This document shows positions 9,802 to 19,510 of a stretch of 64,000 nucleotides of DNA, one piece after another. Origin of the DNA: an uncultured Acidobacteriota bacterium (lineage in GTDB: Bacteria; Acidobacteriota; Vicinamibacteria; Vicinamibacterales; UBA2999); contig CAWDJL010000005.1 of the NCBI GenBank assembly GCA_963802675.1, positions 361,193-425,192 on the forward strand. The letters are read 5' to 3'. The translations under genes were made by a program, and so were the position numbers. Under the pieces are notes generated by a model. The model was not told the origin of the DNA, ran no database searches, and saw only the letters and a list, made by a program, of their open reading frames with translations. The stretch's first letter is position 1; each line of letters opens with the position of its first letter.

Positions 9802-10746
9802 GACGCTTGTCTCTCGACATGCGTGTCGATTTGACGACGGCGTGCCGCCCTGAGGAAGCCAGCAAACCGTCTGAGCTTGAGCTCGTAGTGAAACACCCTA
9901 TCGTGGGCGCGCGTGCCCTGGCTGATCACGTAGTGCACGGCATCGGCGGCCGCCTGCCGGAACAGGAAGCGCGGCAGCCCGGCGACCCAGGGCACGCCGG
10001 GAAACTGCTCGTGGAGCAAATCGGTACTCGCGCGGCACCGACGATTCGACGCGCTGCCGATAGAAAGCCTTGGTCCCGCGCGCCGCTGGGATCATGTGCT
10101 CGACCATTGCCTCCGGCACGTACAGCATCCTCAACCGCGCGGCGAGCGCCCGCCGGAACAAATCGAGGTCGTCGCCGCCCATGCCGCCGTTGGGCCCGAA
10201 GCCCACCGATTCGTCGAACCCGCCAAGCCGGCGCAGCGTATCGCGAACGGCGCCGAAGTTCAGGCCGTAGAACGTGCGACTGAGGTCAGTAGCCACGAAC
10301 GGCTCGTCGCCGTAATCGAGGATGGCGAAGCGTCCATGGTGGAGCGGCGAGAACCAGTTGGGCACCTCGCCCAGCCAGTGCGGCACGGAGCGCCCGAAGA
10401 CCAGATCGGTGGCCTGTGTCCGCAAGCCCCGGGTCAGTGCGCGCATCCACTCCCGATCGACCAGCACATCGTCGTCGGTCCACAGGATGAGGTCGCCGCG
10501 CCCCTCGCGGAGCGCGCAGTTGCGGGCGGCACTCTGGCCGGGGTTGGGCTCGAACACCCGCCGCAGCGGCAGGCGGCCGGCCCAGCGCTCGAGCACGGCA
10601 TCGGTATCGTCGGTGCACGCGTTGTTAACGACCAGCAGCTCCCATTCGGAGCCAGCAGGGACGGCGAGTTCCTGCATCCGATCGAACGTGCGCTCGAGCA
10701 GATCGCTGCGGTTGTACGTGCAAATGGCGACGGTGATCATCGACAT
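9798..10746 (-). pseudogene. Glycosyltransferase family 2, probable frame break near its 3' end (or sequencing error)
   Basis: ITVAICTYNRSDLLERTFDRM..LLVVNNACTDDT.. is a GT2 signature. After ..VPREYR the listed frame becomes A/R/P junk. The neighbouring frame (ORF 9798..10019, LLHEQFPGVPWVAGLPRFLFRQAAADAVHYVISQG..) looks protein-like and ends in a GTGA overlap with the rfbF start. The junction is at the T3/A3 run ~10017-10020. Confidence 0.65.
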
Positions 10747-11110
10747 CCAAAGCTGTGTTACGGGATAAGGACTTTCGAACGAACCTGATCAGCGACTACA
10801 CGCACCGACAGGACCATGGCCAAACACTATGATAACAAGCGAAAGCGGGTTTCCGGCCGCACAACGAAGCGGTATCAGACGGGACACATCGCGTGACGCG
10901 GCCGGGTCCGCGCCGCGGGCAGAACTGTGCAACGCCGCCTGAAAGCGCATGGCCAGAAGGGCGATGGCGGCGATGTAAGCTGCCTATGAAAGTCAACCGC
11001 CAGCCCGCAAAGAGAGATCGGTCGAGCTATTGCCCACGACTAGAATCTCCCGCGGCGCGGTGTATCTCTGAACGAAGCAACGACGACGAGTGTCGGGGCC
11101 AAGAGTCGCG

Positions 11111-12202
11111 TCATCTGGCGATCACCTCGTCGGCTTGGCGTTCTGTGGGCAACATCTGCTGCAGCGCGTCGGGAGGTTCTTGTGGGGTAAACCGTTGAAC
11201 GACATTACGCAGTGATTGAAAGCGAAACTCCCACGACGTGCGCCTCGTATACAGCTCGAGTGCGATGCCGTACAGCGGCGTGCGACTGAGCGACCACAGC
11301 GCGGTTATCGCCATGCGTCGCGGCCGGGTCCATGCCAGTCCATGCATGAACGCCAGCATCTCTCGGGCGAGCCGGCGGCTTTCGCGGCCCCGCACCCCAG
11401 CGACTTTGATCACATGGCGCACAAAGTAAAGAAGCAGGAGACGCCTCTTCGTCTCGTCGAAACGTCCCGCGCGCACCAAGTGACGATGGGCGAGCTTGCC
11501 CGCGAGGTAACACGCTTGCTCCCTCTCCAAGGGCGCCATCGACCAGCTGGTTCGAGGCCCTGAATGATGCCGAACGTAATCAAGCACCTGGCTTAGGCAT
11601 TCGTACTTGATCCCGGCACTGAGCGCCGCCACGTGGAACTCCCAGTCCTGCCAGCAGGTCAAATCTTCGTTCCAGTCGCCGATCCGGGAGATAGACTGCC
11701 GTCTCCACAGCGGCGACGCGGGTGCCCAGACGGAATCCTCATGAAGAAAGCGGTCGAGGTCGTCGGGACAGTCGATGCGGCAGGGAACGTTCCACAGCAG
11801 GCGAAGATCGCCCGGCGTCTTGCTGAACTGTTCGTCGAGACAGAAGACCATGTCGAGTTCCGGCTTGGCCAACAGAACCTCGAGCTGGTTCGACAACTTG
11901 TCAGGGTGCAAAAGATCGTCCGAATCGAGGTACTGAATAAACGCTCCGGACGCGGCCCGAACGCCCGCGTTGCGAGCCGCGCTTCCGCCACGGCGAACCT
12001 GGCGGAGGTATCGGAGCCGATCTCCCAAGCTATAGCGACGCCTGGCGGTGTCCACGACGGCACCGATGTCCTCGTCCGAGCCGTCATCCACGACGAGAAT
12101 CTCGACGTGAGGCCAGGTCTGAATGGCACAGGACGCGATGGCTTGTGTCAGCAGGTCCGATCGGTTGTGGCAGGGAATGATGACGGAGATTAACTCTGGC
12201 AT
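11111..12202 (-). CDS. Glycosyltransferase family 2
   Basis: ISVIIPCHNRSDLLTQAIASCAIQTWPHVEILVVDDGSDEDI..AARNAGV..YLDSDDLL (DxD). Confidence 0.8.
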   Translation of the reverse strand: MPELISVIIPCHNRSDLLTQAIASCAIQTWPHVEILVVDDGSDEDIGAVVDTARRRYSLGDRLRYLRQVRRGGSAARNAGVRAASGAFIQYLDSDDLLHPDKLSNQLEVLLAKPELDMVFCLDEQFSKTPGDLRLLWNVPCRIDCPDDLDRFLHEDSVWAPASPLWRRQSISRIGDWNEDLTCWQDWEFHVAALSAGIKYECLSQVLDYVRHHSGPRTSWSMAPLEREQACYLAGKLAHRHLVRAGRFDETKRRLLLLYFVRHVIKVAGVRGRESRRLAREMLAFMHGLAWTRPRRMAITALWSLSRTPLYGIALELYTRRTSWEFRFQSLRNVVQRFTPQEPPDALQQMLPTERQADEVIAR

Positions 12203-12260
12203 CTCAGTCCTTCTGCCTTCTGCGCCGGGCTGCGCCTGACGTGGGCTCCACCGTTGGTGC

Positions 12261-12833
12261 TCAATTGTCGCTTTGAGCTTCGCGAGAAGCGCGCTCGAGA
12301 TGCTGGACGACCTCAGTCAAGCGAGCGTGCTTCCGATCGCGGTCCGACAGGATCACGTGCTCGATTGGCCACGTGATCTTCAACGTGGGATCGTCGTACG
12401 CAATACCCAACTCATCGGCCGGGTCGTAGAGTGCCGTGCATTTGTAATGAACGGTCGCGGTTTCGCTCAGGACACAAAAGCCGTGGGCGCAGCCTGGCGG
12501 GACGTACATTTGCCTGAAGTTGTCGGCGGAGAGCGTTTCCGCGATCCACTGGCCGAAGCTGGGCGAGCTCAATCGCATGTCAACGGCGACGTCCCAGATC
12601 TCGCCCGTGACGGCCCAGATCAGCTTGCCCTGCGGTTGGCGCACTTGCAGGTGCAGGCCGCGCACGGTGTGCCGCACCGATGACGACTGGTTATCCTGAA
12701 CGAAGACGCCGGGAAGACCGGCCGCCGCATACCGAAGCGCGTGGAACGTTTCGAGGAACGCGCCGCGTGGATCGCGATACACAGTGGGTTCCACCAGAAC
12801 GAGTCCGGGGATTGCTGTAGCAACGACTCGCAT
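12261..12833 (-). CDS. rmlC: dTDP-4-dehydrorhamnose 3,5-epimerase
   Basis: IPGLVLVEPTVYRDPRGAFLETF..VRGLHLQ..QGKLIWAVTGEIWDVAVDMR..MYVPPGCAHGF. Directly downstream of rmlA. Confidence 0.85.
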   Translation of the reverse strand: MRVVATAIPGLVLVEPTVYRDPRGAFLETFHALRYAAAGLPGVFVQDNQSSSVRHTVRGLHLQVRQPQGKLIWAVTGEIWDVAVDMRLSSPSFGQWIAETLSADNFRQMYVPPGCAHGFCVLSETATVHYKCTALYDPADELGIAYDDPTLKITWPIEHVILSDRDRKHARLTEVVQHLERASREAQSDN

Positions 12834-12834
12834 G

Positions 12835-13725
12835 TTACATGTCCTGGTCGAGGACCCGCTGCAGGTAGGCCCCGTATTCGCTGGAGGCCATCGTGGTAGC
12901 CAGGCGGGCCAGGTCTTCGGCGCTGATGTAGTTCATTCGGTAGGCAATCTCCTCGATGCACGCGACCATCAAGCCTTGCCGCTCCTCGATGGCTTGAACA
13001 TAGCTCGCGGCCTGCATCAGCGACAGGTGCGTGCCGGTATCGAGCCACGCGGTTCCGCGGCCGAGCCGCTCGACGAACAGGCGACCCTCCCGAAGATACG
13101 CCTGGTTGACGTCGGTAATCTCCAACTCACCACGCGCCGACGGCTGAAGCGAGGCCGCGATATCAACCACTTCATTGTCATAGAAATACAGACCAGTCAC
13201 GGCCCACGACGACTTCGGATTCTGCGGCTTTTCTTCCAGCCTGGTTGGTCGGCCCTCGCGGTCGAATTCGACCACGCCATAGCGCTCGGGATCGCGGACG
13301 AGGTAGCCGAACACGGTCGCGCCGTCCACCCGTTCGGAGGCGCGCCGCAGGCTTTCGGTAAAGTGCGCACCGTAAAAGACGTTGTCGCCGAGGGCGAGCG
13401 CCACGCGCGCTGACCCGATGAACGTCCGGCCAATCAGAAACGCCTGCGCCAGCCCTTCAGGATGGGGTTGTGCTGCATAGCTGATCGAAAGCCCGATCTC
13501 GTGACCATCACCGAGGAGCCGCTTGAACCCATCCTGTTCATGAGGTGTGGTGATCACCAGCACGTCCCGGATGCCAGAGAGCATCAGCGTGGCGAGCGGG
13601 TAATACACCATAGGCTTGTTGTAGATCGGGATGAGCTGTTTGCTGATGCCCTTGGTCAGCGGGTGGAGACGAGAACCAACGCCTCCGGCGAGGATGATGC
13701 CTTTCAGGGGTGTGGTCGCGCTCAC
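12835..13725 (-). CDS. rmlA: Glucose-1-phosphate thymidylyltransferase
   Basis: [70 protein letters not shown] is the canonical RmlA sequence. Confidence 0.9.
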   Translation of the reverse strand: MSATTPLKGIILAGGVGSRLHPLTKGISKQLIPIYNKPMVYYPLATLMLSGIRDVLVITTPHEQDGFKRLLGDGHEIGLSISYAAQPHPEGLAQAFLIGRTFIGSARVALALGDNVFYGAHFTESLRRASERVDGATVFGYLVRDPERYGVVEFDREGRPTRLEEKPQNPKSSWAVTGLYFYDNEVVDIAASLQPSARGELEITDVNQAYLREGRLFVERLGRGTAWLDTGTHLSLMQAASYVQAIEERQGLMVACIEEIAYRMNYISAEDLARLATTMASSEYGAYLQRVLDQDM

Positions 13726-14921
13726 GGACTCGGACTGGTCGATTCTAGCTCACCTGGACGGCGTGACCGCTGGGCGCACGTGGTCACGAGATCAAGAAAC
13801 GGCGCAAGCTGGGTAGACCAACGCAGCTCCGTCAGCTCCGCCGCCATCGCTCGTTCTCGACGAACGTGCGCCGAGGCCCCCAAGAGCGAGACCAGGGCAT
13901 CGGCAAATGCGTCGGCCTCAGAGGCTGCGACACACGCGACTCGGGTGCACGTCGGCAGGCCGTCAAGCACGGCCGGCGTGACGACACAAGGCAGGCCGGC
14001 GGCGATGGCTTCCAACACCTTGTTCTGGATGCCCCGGGCCAATTGAAGCGGCGCCGCCGCCACGGCGGAGTCCCACAAGAATGGGCGCACATCAGGAACC
14101 GCCCCCGTGACTCGAATGGAGGGGTCCCTCGTGAGCCTTTCGACTCGAGCCGTGGGCTGGGCGCCGACGAGCATGAGGGTTGCGTCCGGCCGGCGGGCCA
14201 GCACTTTGGGCCAGACCTGGCTCGCGAGCCAAACCGCGCCATCTTCGTTCGGGCCGTAGTTGAACACGCCACAAAACACCACTTGCGGGCGCGTGCTGGG
14301 GGGCATTGTCGGCCGAAACCCATCGACGTCAACACCATTTGGAATCGCCACGCCGGCGGGATAGCCCACCGCCGTCTCGAGCAGTACGCGTTCGCGCTCG
14401 TTCACGACCGCGGTCGCACACGCCCGTTCGGCTGCCTTTCGTTCAAAGCGTCTCAGGACCCGGGCCTCACGGCGGTAAATCGCGCGCAGGGGTTGATGGG
14501 CCGTTGCACCAAGGCTGGCCCACTTCTCGGAGTCGACGTCAACCATGTCGAGAAGGCAGGGCACGCCCTTCAGGGGCTCCTTGAACACGTATTGGGCCAT
14601 GCCCGTGCCGAACGCGACCACGACCTGCGGGGGCGCAGCTTCGACCATCCTGTCGAGGAGTCGACGGATATCAGGGCTGTGGAGCAGTACGTGGGTCAGC
14701 GGTCGCGAGCTTGGCAATAGCGCCGCGGCGGCGACGAGTCGCCGGCGGCGGTTCACAGGCGCTGCCGCTACCGACGCAACCCAGGAGGCCAGCTGCGAGA
14801 CCTGTGCAGCTTCGTCCGCATCGTGGACCAGCGAAAGGACGTGGACCTCGTGTCGTGACGCGAGGAGGCGCAACAAATGATAGGCGCGAATCCGATCGCC
14901 CCGGTTTGGGGCGTAGGGCAA
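13722..14921 (-). CDS. Glycosyltransferase family 4, resembling the PEP-CTERM/EpsH1-associated sugar transferase family (from memory)
   Basis: (L)[31 protein letters not shown].. N-terminus and ..[26 protein letters not shown]-terminal GT4 motif. The conserved N-terminus continues upstream as LRLLFLSHR with no ATG/GTG, so the true start may be the TTG at 14921 or a CTG at ~14948. Confidence 0.65.
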   Translation of the reverse strand: MPYAPNRGDRIRAYHLLRLLASRHEVHVLSLVHDADEAAQVSQLASWVASVAAAPVNRRRRLVAAAALLPSSRPLTHVLLHSPDIRRLLDRMVEAAPPQVVVAFGTGMAQYVFKEPLKGVPCLLDMVDVDSEKWASLGATAHQPLRAIYRREARVLRRFERKAAERACATAVVNERERVLLETAVGYPAGVAIPNGVDVDGFRPTMPPSTRPQVVFCGVFNYGPNEDGAVWLASQVWPKVLARRPDATLMLVGAQPTARVERLTRDPSIRVTGAVPDVRPFLWDSAVAAAPLQLARGIQNKVLEAIAAGLPCVVTPAVLDGLPTCTRVACVAASEADAFADALVSLLGASAHVRRERAMAAELTELRWSTQLAPFLDLVTTCAQRSRRPGELESTSPSP

Positions 14922-14974
14922 GCGGTGGGAAAGAAACAGGAGACGCAGTGACTAAGCTTACCCCCGAATCGCTC

Positions 14975-15151
14975 TTAGCCGGGTTGGCCACGGCGCCCGG
15001 GGACATGCCGGCGGGCCGCCCGCGCGAGGACCAGCAGTGCGACACCGAAGAGGAGCATCCAAACCGGCTCTCCGAAGCGGAGTTGATCGGACTGAAGGCC
15101 AGTTAGCAGGACAGCGATCATCAAGAAGAGGCTAATGAAATACCAGACCAT
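14975..15151 (-). CDS. Hypothetical 58-aa two-TM membrane protein, first gene of the GT4-rmlA-rmlC-GT2 operon
   Basis: Internal ATG (~15151) of ORF 14975..15256 gives MVWYFISLFLMIAVLLTGLQSDQLRFGEPVWMLLFGVALLVLARAARRHVPGRRGQPG. Third-codon positions are about 78 % G/C, as in real genes here. Weak AAGG lies ~13 nt upstream. Confidence 0.3.
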   Translation of the reverse strand: MVWYFISLFLMIAVLLTGLQSDQLRFGEPVWMLLFGVALLVLARAARRHVPGRRGQPG

Positions 15152-15333
15152 TCGTCGACCGACCTTGAGGGACCGCCTTGCGCTGGCGGCGAATCGCAAG
15201 CGCTTTGAGCAAAAGGGTGGCCAGCCGCGCGAAACGTCTAACCCGCTGGCGTTCAAGGGTTAGGAGCGATCACGGCTATAAAAATACCCTAAGGGGCAGA
15301 CTTGAGTCTGACTCCGCGTAATTCTGACACGCG

Positions 15334-18300
15334 TTAGGTGCCAATTTGCTGTAGCTGATCAAAACTGTCAGCGGCTTGCCGTTCGAAGGATTCCAGGGAC
15401 GCCGAAAGGAGCCGCGCGAGCCCCGCGGCGAACGGTTCTCCCATCATGGTGCTGTGCGATCCGGGCACTTGGTGGACGTCTACGCCACCCGCCGCCAACC
15501 AATCCCACACCGGATCGTAACGAGTAGGCCACGGCCCCAGCAGGGGCAGAGTGCGTGGCAGAAACAACGTGACCCGGCCGCGGAACGGCTTGGGTTGATA
15601 GTTGTGAATCGCGCGGTGATGCGTCCGCAGCATTGCCGCCTGGGAATCCGGGAAGCGCCACATCCCAATCTGGTCGCGCAAGTCGAGCGGCGCCGCGTCC
15701 TCTCGATCGCGGAGCGCCGAGGTCGCGAGACGCGACAAGTGGCGACTCTTGCTGCGGATCCGTCCCAACAACTCCCGCGGCCCGCTGACGATCGCGTCGT
15801 CTACAACCCAGAGAGGAACGTTTCTGATGAAGGCCCAGACCGCTTTCATGCCCCGAACGCACGGGGGCTCGACCTCGTAGTCGATCGCGGTTAGCAGGCC
15901 GACCTCGGCACCCTGGGTGTCGAGTAGCCGGCCCATCTCGAGCACGAGCAGCGCGGCCGAGCAGAACCCGCCCAAGTGATATGGGCCTCGAGGTTGAGCC
16001 TCTCGCAGCACCTTCACGTAATGCGCGGCCATCTCTTCCAGCGTGGCATCACTCTGAATTTGCGACCAATCGGCTGAAAAGCCGTAGACCGGCCGCTCGG
16101 CGGCGAGGTACTTCGAGAGCCGGGTGTAGCTGAAGACCTCTCCGCCCGTCCCGTGCACCCAATAAAAGGGAATGCCCGATCCGCCGTCCGAGATCTTCAC
16201 GAGGACGTTCTGTGTGATCCGTCCTCGGTTGGCAGGCTCAGTGGCAGGCTGAGCCAACTCGTCGATGCGCCGAGCCAGGGCCTCGAGGACACTGTGCTCG
16301 AACAACGCTCCGGGCGGGAGCGTCAACCCGAACTCCTCATGCACGCGATGCACCAGACGCATGACGAGTAGTGAGTGTCCTCCGAGCATGAAAAAGTCAT
16401 CGGCGTGGCTGACGGTTGACAGGCCCAGCAGGTCACACCAGATGCCGGCAAGCCGCGCTTCGGTTTCCGTTGCCGGTGACCGGCGATGTGAGTCAGCCCG
16501 CGCACGATCCGCGTCCGAAGGCGCCGGAAGGGCCTGTCGGTCGAGCTTGCCGTTCGACGTGAACGGCCATGTCTGCACGATGACGAAAGCGGAAGGTACT
16601 GCGTGCGCAGGTAAGAGCCGACCGAGATGAAGGCGCAATGACGCAGGCTCGAGTTTCTCGCCCGACAGATAGGCGACGAGATTCTGCGTGCCCGGAACGT
16701 CCTCGCGGAGCAGAACGACCGACTGTTCCACGCCCGGGTGCGCTTGCAGCACCGACTCGATCTCCCCGAGTTCGACTCGGAAGCCCCGGACCTTGACTTG
16801 ATTATCGAAACGCCCCTGAAACTCGATCGTGCCGTTGCTCAGCCAGCGAACACGATCCCCCGTCCGATACATCCGCGTGGCTCCGGTCGCTGAAAAGGGG
16901 TCGGGCGGGAAGCGCTCCGCGGTCAGATCCTCACGATTGAGATAGCCGCGCGCAACGCCATCGCCACCGATCCAAAGTTCGCCGGGTACGCCGATCGGGC
17001 ACGGGTTACCGTGACGGTCCAGCACGTAAGCTTTGACGTTCGCCAGGGGGCGACCCAGAGGCAGCCCTTCGCTCGTGAGTGTCGATGCCAGGTCGTCGAC
17101 CCGGTAGGTGAGGGCCCCAACCGTCGTTTCCGTCGGGCCGTAGTGATTCACGATCTTGCAGCTCGGCGCGAGTTGCTGCAGCTCGGCGATCCACTCCAAG
17201 CGGGCAGCTTCGCCGCCCAAAACCAGGCATCGTCGTGGCAGCACGGCACGGGCATGGTGCGCCTTGAGCAGAGCGGCCAGGTGGGTCGGGGTGATCTTCA
17301 GCACGTCCACCTGGTGTTGCGACAGGTACTCCGCAAACGCTCGACCGTCACTGGCCCGTTCGGGGCTCAGCACATGCAGGGTCCCGCCGGTCGCGAGGGC
17401 AAGGAAGATCGACGTGTTCCCGAGGTCGGCGGCGACAGTCGAGACCAGCGCATAACTGCTGTGCGCTGGCTGTCCGAGACTCTCGTTGACGCCCCAGGTG
17501 TAATTCAAAACGTTCCGATGCTCGATGACGACGCCCTTGGGGACACCGGTGGTTCCTGACGTGTACATGACGTAGGCGGCATCCGTCGACTCAACGGGAA
17601 TGTCCAGGTTGTCGCCCGACTGCCGCTCGATGACCGCCCCATCACGATCCCAGAAGACCAACGACGTGCCATCACAGGGCGCACCGGCAATGAGCTGCGA
17701 TTGTGTGATGGCAAGGCGAACACCGGCGTCCGCCATGAGGAATGCAAGACGCTCGACGGGATAACTGGGATCCAGCGGCACGTAGGCACAGCCAGCCTTG
17801 TGAATGGCGAGCAGGCTGATGATGAATTCGACGGAGCGGTTGAGACAGATCGCAATCACGTCCTTGGGCTTCGCGCCGCGACTCACCAGAACCCGGGCGA
17901 GGCGATTGGCCAGACCATTCAGTTCGCCGAAGGTGAGCTGGATGTCCTCGCCGACCAAGGCGAGCCGGGTGGGTTCGGCTACAGCCCAGTCCTCGATGAG
18001 TTGATGCAGGCAAGGCCGTGACCGAAATTCGCGCGCGTTCTCGTTGGGAGCCACGAGCACTGCATGCAGTTCGCCCGCGTCGAGCAGAGTGAGCTGGTCG
18101 AGATGGCGGTCTGGCTTTGTCACGGCGTCCGTGACGAGGGTCGCCAGCCGCGTGAGCAGGCGATTCGCCGTCGACGCTTCGAGGGCGTCGCGGTTATATT
18201 CGAGAACGAGGCCGATCCCGTCGGTCGAGACGGTGGCGTGGAACGTTATGTCGAGCTTTGTCGAAACGGTGGTGGGCAGGAGCGTCGTTGCTGTGAGGCC

Positions 18301-19401
18301 AGGGAAACGGACGCTGTCGCCAACCCCGATTATGTTGAACAGCACTTGATACAGCGGGTGCTGACTCAAGCTGCGCACGGGATTAACGGCTTCGACGACT
18401 TTCTCGAACGGGACGTGTTGATGGCCATGAGCTTCGAGCACCGTCTCTCGCACGCGCTTGATCAAGTCGTGGAACGAGAACGAGCCCTCGAACGTCGTAC
18501 GGAGGACCACGGTGTTGATGCAGAGCCCGACGACTCGCTCGAGCTCGAACCGATCACGGCCGCTGAACGGGCAACCGATCGCGATGTCGGATTGGCCCGT
18601 ATGGCGATAGAGCAATGCCTTGAGAGCGGCCAGGAGCACGATGAACGGCGTCGCTGCGTGCACGCGCGCCAGTTCACGCACTGCATCGGCAACGCCGGCA
18701 GGCAGCGACGCAGTGACGACATGGCCGGTGTGGCTCGAGGGCAGGTGCCGATGGTCGACGGGAAAGCGAAGGTCCGGGCTCCCCTCGAGCCGTGACTTCC
18801 AGAATGCGAGCCCAGACGCCAACACCTCACCGCGCAGGTGCTGGCGTTGCCAGGCCGTCAGATCGACGTACTCGATCGTCGGCGCCGGCAATGAGGCGTC
18901 GCTGCCGGTGCAGCGCGCTTCGTACAGCGTCGCCAACTCATCGAGGACGATGTTCAGCGACATTCCATCAACGATGATGTGGTGGCTCGTGATGAGCAGC
19001 ACATGGCGGGTGTCATGGACGCGGATGAGACGAACGCGAACGAGCGGACCGTGCGACAAATCGAACGCCGTGCCGGTCGCTTCGTCGACGAGCTTCTGAA
19101 CCTGCCGATCCGAATCCGGGGCTGCCGGATCGATCTCAATCGTCTCGATATCGATGGCGGCTTCTGGAGCGATGACTTGGACCGCCTCGCCGTCCTCCTC
19201 TCGGAACGTCGTCCGAAACGATTCGTGGCGCGCGAACACGTCCCTGATGGCCCCGACGAACGCGCCCAGGACCATCGCACCGTCGAGCTGGATTGCGAGC
19301 GTGACGTTGTAAGCGGTATCCCCCGGCTTCAGGCGATCGAGAAACCACAGGCGCTGCTGCGCAAACGAGGCGGGGTGGGCAAACTCGGCTAGCGTCGACA
19401 C
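15334..19401 (-). CDS. Non-ribosomal peptide synthetase, single termination module C-A-T-TE (A-domain code Asp-like)
   Basis: C: SFAQQRLWFLD, SHHIIVDGMS. A: AYVMYTSGTTGVPKGV, NHYGPTETT, YRTGDRVRW, GKLDRQALP. T: DDFFMLGGHSLLV. TE: IPFYWVHGTGGEVF, PYHLGGFCSAALLVLEM, VPGSHSTMM. GTG start. Confidence 0.95.
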   Translation of the reverse strand: MSTLAEFAHPASFAQQRLWFLDRLKPGDTAYNVTLAIQLDGAMVLGAFVGAIRDVFARHESFRTTFREEDGEAVQVIAPEAAIDIETIEIDPAAPDSDRQVQKLVDEATGTAFDLSHGPLVRVRLIRVHDTRHVLLITSHHIIVDGMSLNIVLDELATLYEARCTGSDASLPAPTIEYVDLTAWQRQHLRGEVLASGLAFWKSRLEGSPDLRFPVDHRHLPSSHTGHVVTASLPAGVADAVRELARVHAATPFIVLLAALKALLYRHTGQSDIAIGCPFSGRDRFELERVVGLCINTVVLRTTFEGSFSFHDLIKRVRETVLEAHGHQHVPFEKVVEAVNPVRSLSQHPLYQVLFNIIGVGDSVRFPGLTATTLLPTTVSTKLDITFHATVSTDGIGLVLEYNRDALEASTANRLLTRLATLVTDAVTKPDRHLDQLTLLDAGELHAVLVAPNENAREFRSRPCLHQLIEDWAVAEPTRLALVGEDIQLTFGELNGLANRLARVLVSRGAKPKDVIAICLNRSVEFIISLLAIHKAGCAYVPLDPSYPVERLAFLMADAGVRLAITQSQLIAGAPCDGTSLVFWDRDGAVIERQSGDNLDIPVESTDAAYVMYTSGTTGVPKGVVIEHRNVLNYTWGVNESLGQPAHSSYALVSTVAADLGNTSIFLALATGGTLHVLSPERASDGRAFAEYLSQHQVDVLKITPTHLAALLKAHHARAVLPRRCLVLGGEAARLEWIAELQQLAPSCKIVNHYGPTETTVGALTYRVDDLASTLTSEGLPLGRPLANVKAYVLDRHGNPCPIGVPGELWIGGDGVARGYLNREDLTAERFPPDPFSATGATRMYRTGDRVRWLSNGTIEFQGRFDNQVKVRGFRVELGEIESVLQAHPGVEQSVVLLREDVPGTQNLVAYLSGEKLEPASLRLHLGRLLPAHAVPSAFVIVQTWPFTSNGKLDRQALPAPSDADRARADSHRRSPATETEARLAGIWCDLLGLSTVSHADDFFMLGGHSLLVMRLVHRVHEEFGLTLPPGALFEHSVLEALARRIDELAQPATEPANRGRITQNVLVKISDGGSGIPFYWVHGTGGEVFSYTRLSKYLAAERPVYGFSADWSQIQSDATLEEMAAHYVKVLREAQPRGPYHLGGFCSAALLVLEMGRLLDTQGAEVGLLTAIDYEVEPPCVRGMKAVWAFIRNVPLWVVDDAIVSGPRELLGRIRSKSRHLSRLATSALRDREDAAPLDLRDQIGMWRFPDSQAAMLRTHHRAIHNYQPKPFRGRVTLFLPRTLPLLGPWPTRYDPVWDWLAAGGVDVHQVPGSHSTMMGEPFAAGLARLLSASLESFERQAADSFDQLQQIGT

Positions 19402-19510
19402 GTTATTTGAGTATAGACATTCGGCCCGTCAATCGGTTGAAGGCCGGGATTCACTGAGTAGCCGAACCGTGCAGCTCGGATGTACCTTGCAAAGTTCGTC
19501 ACCACAGGCG

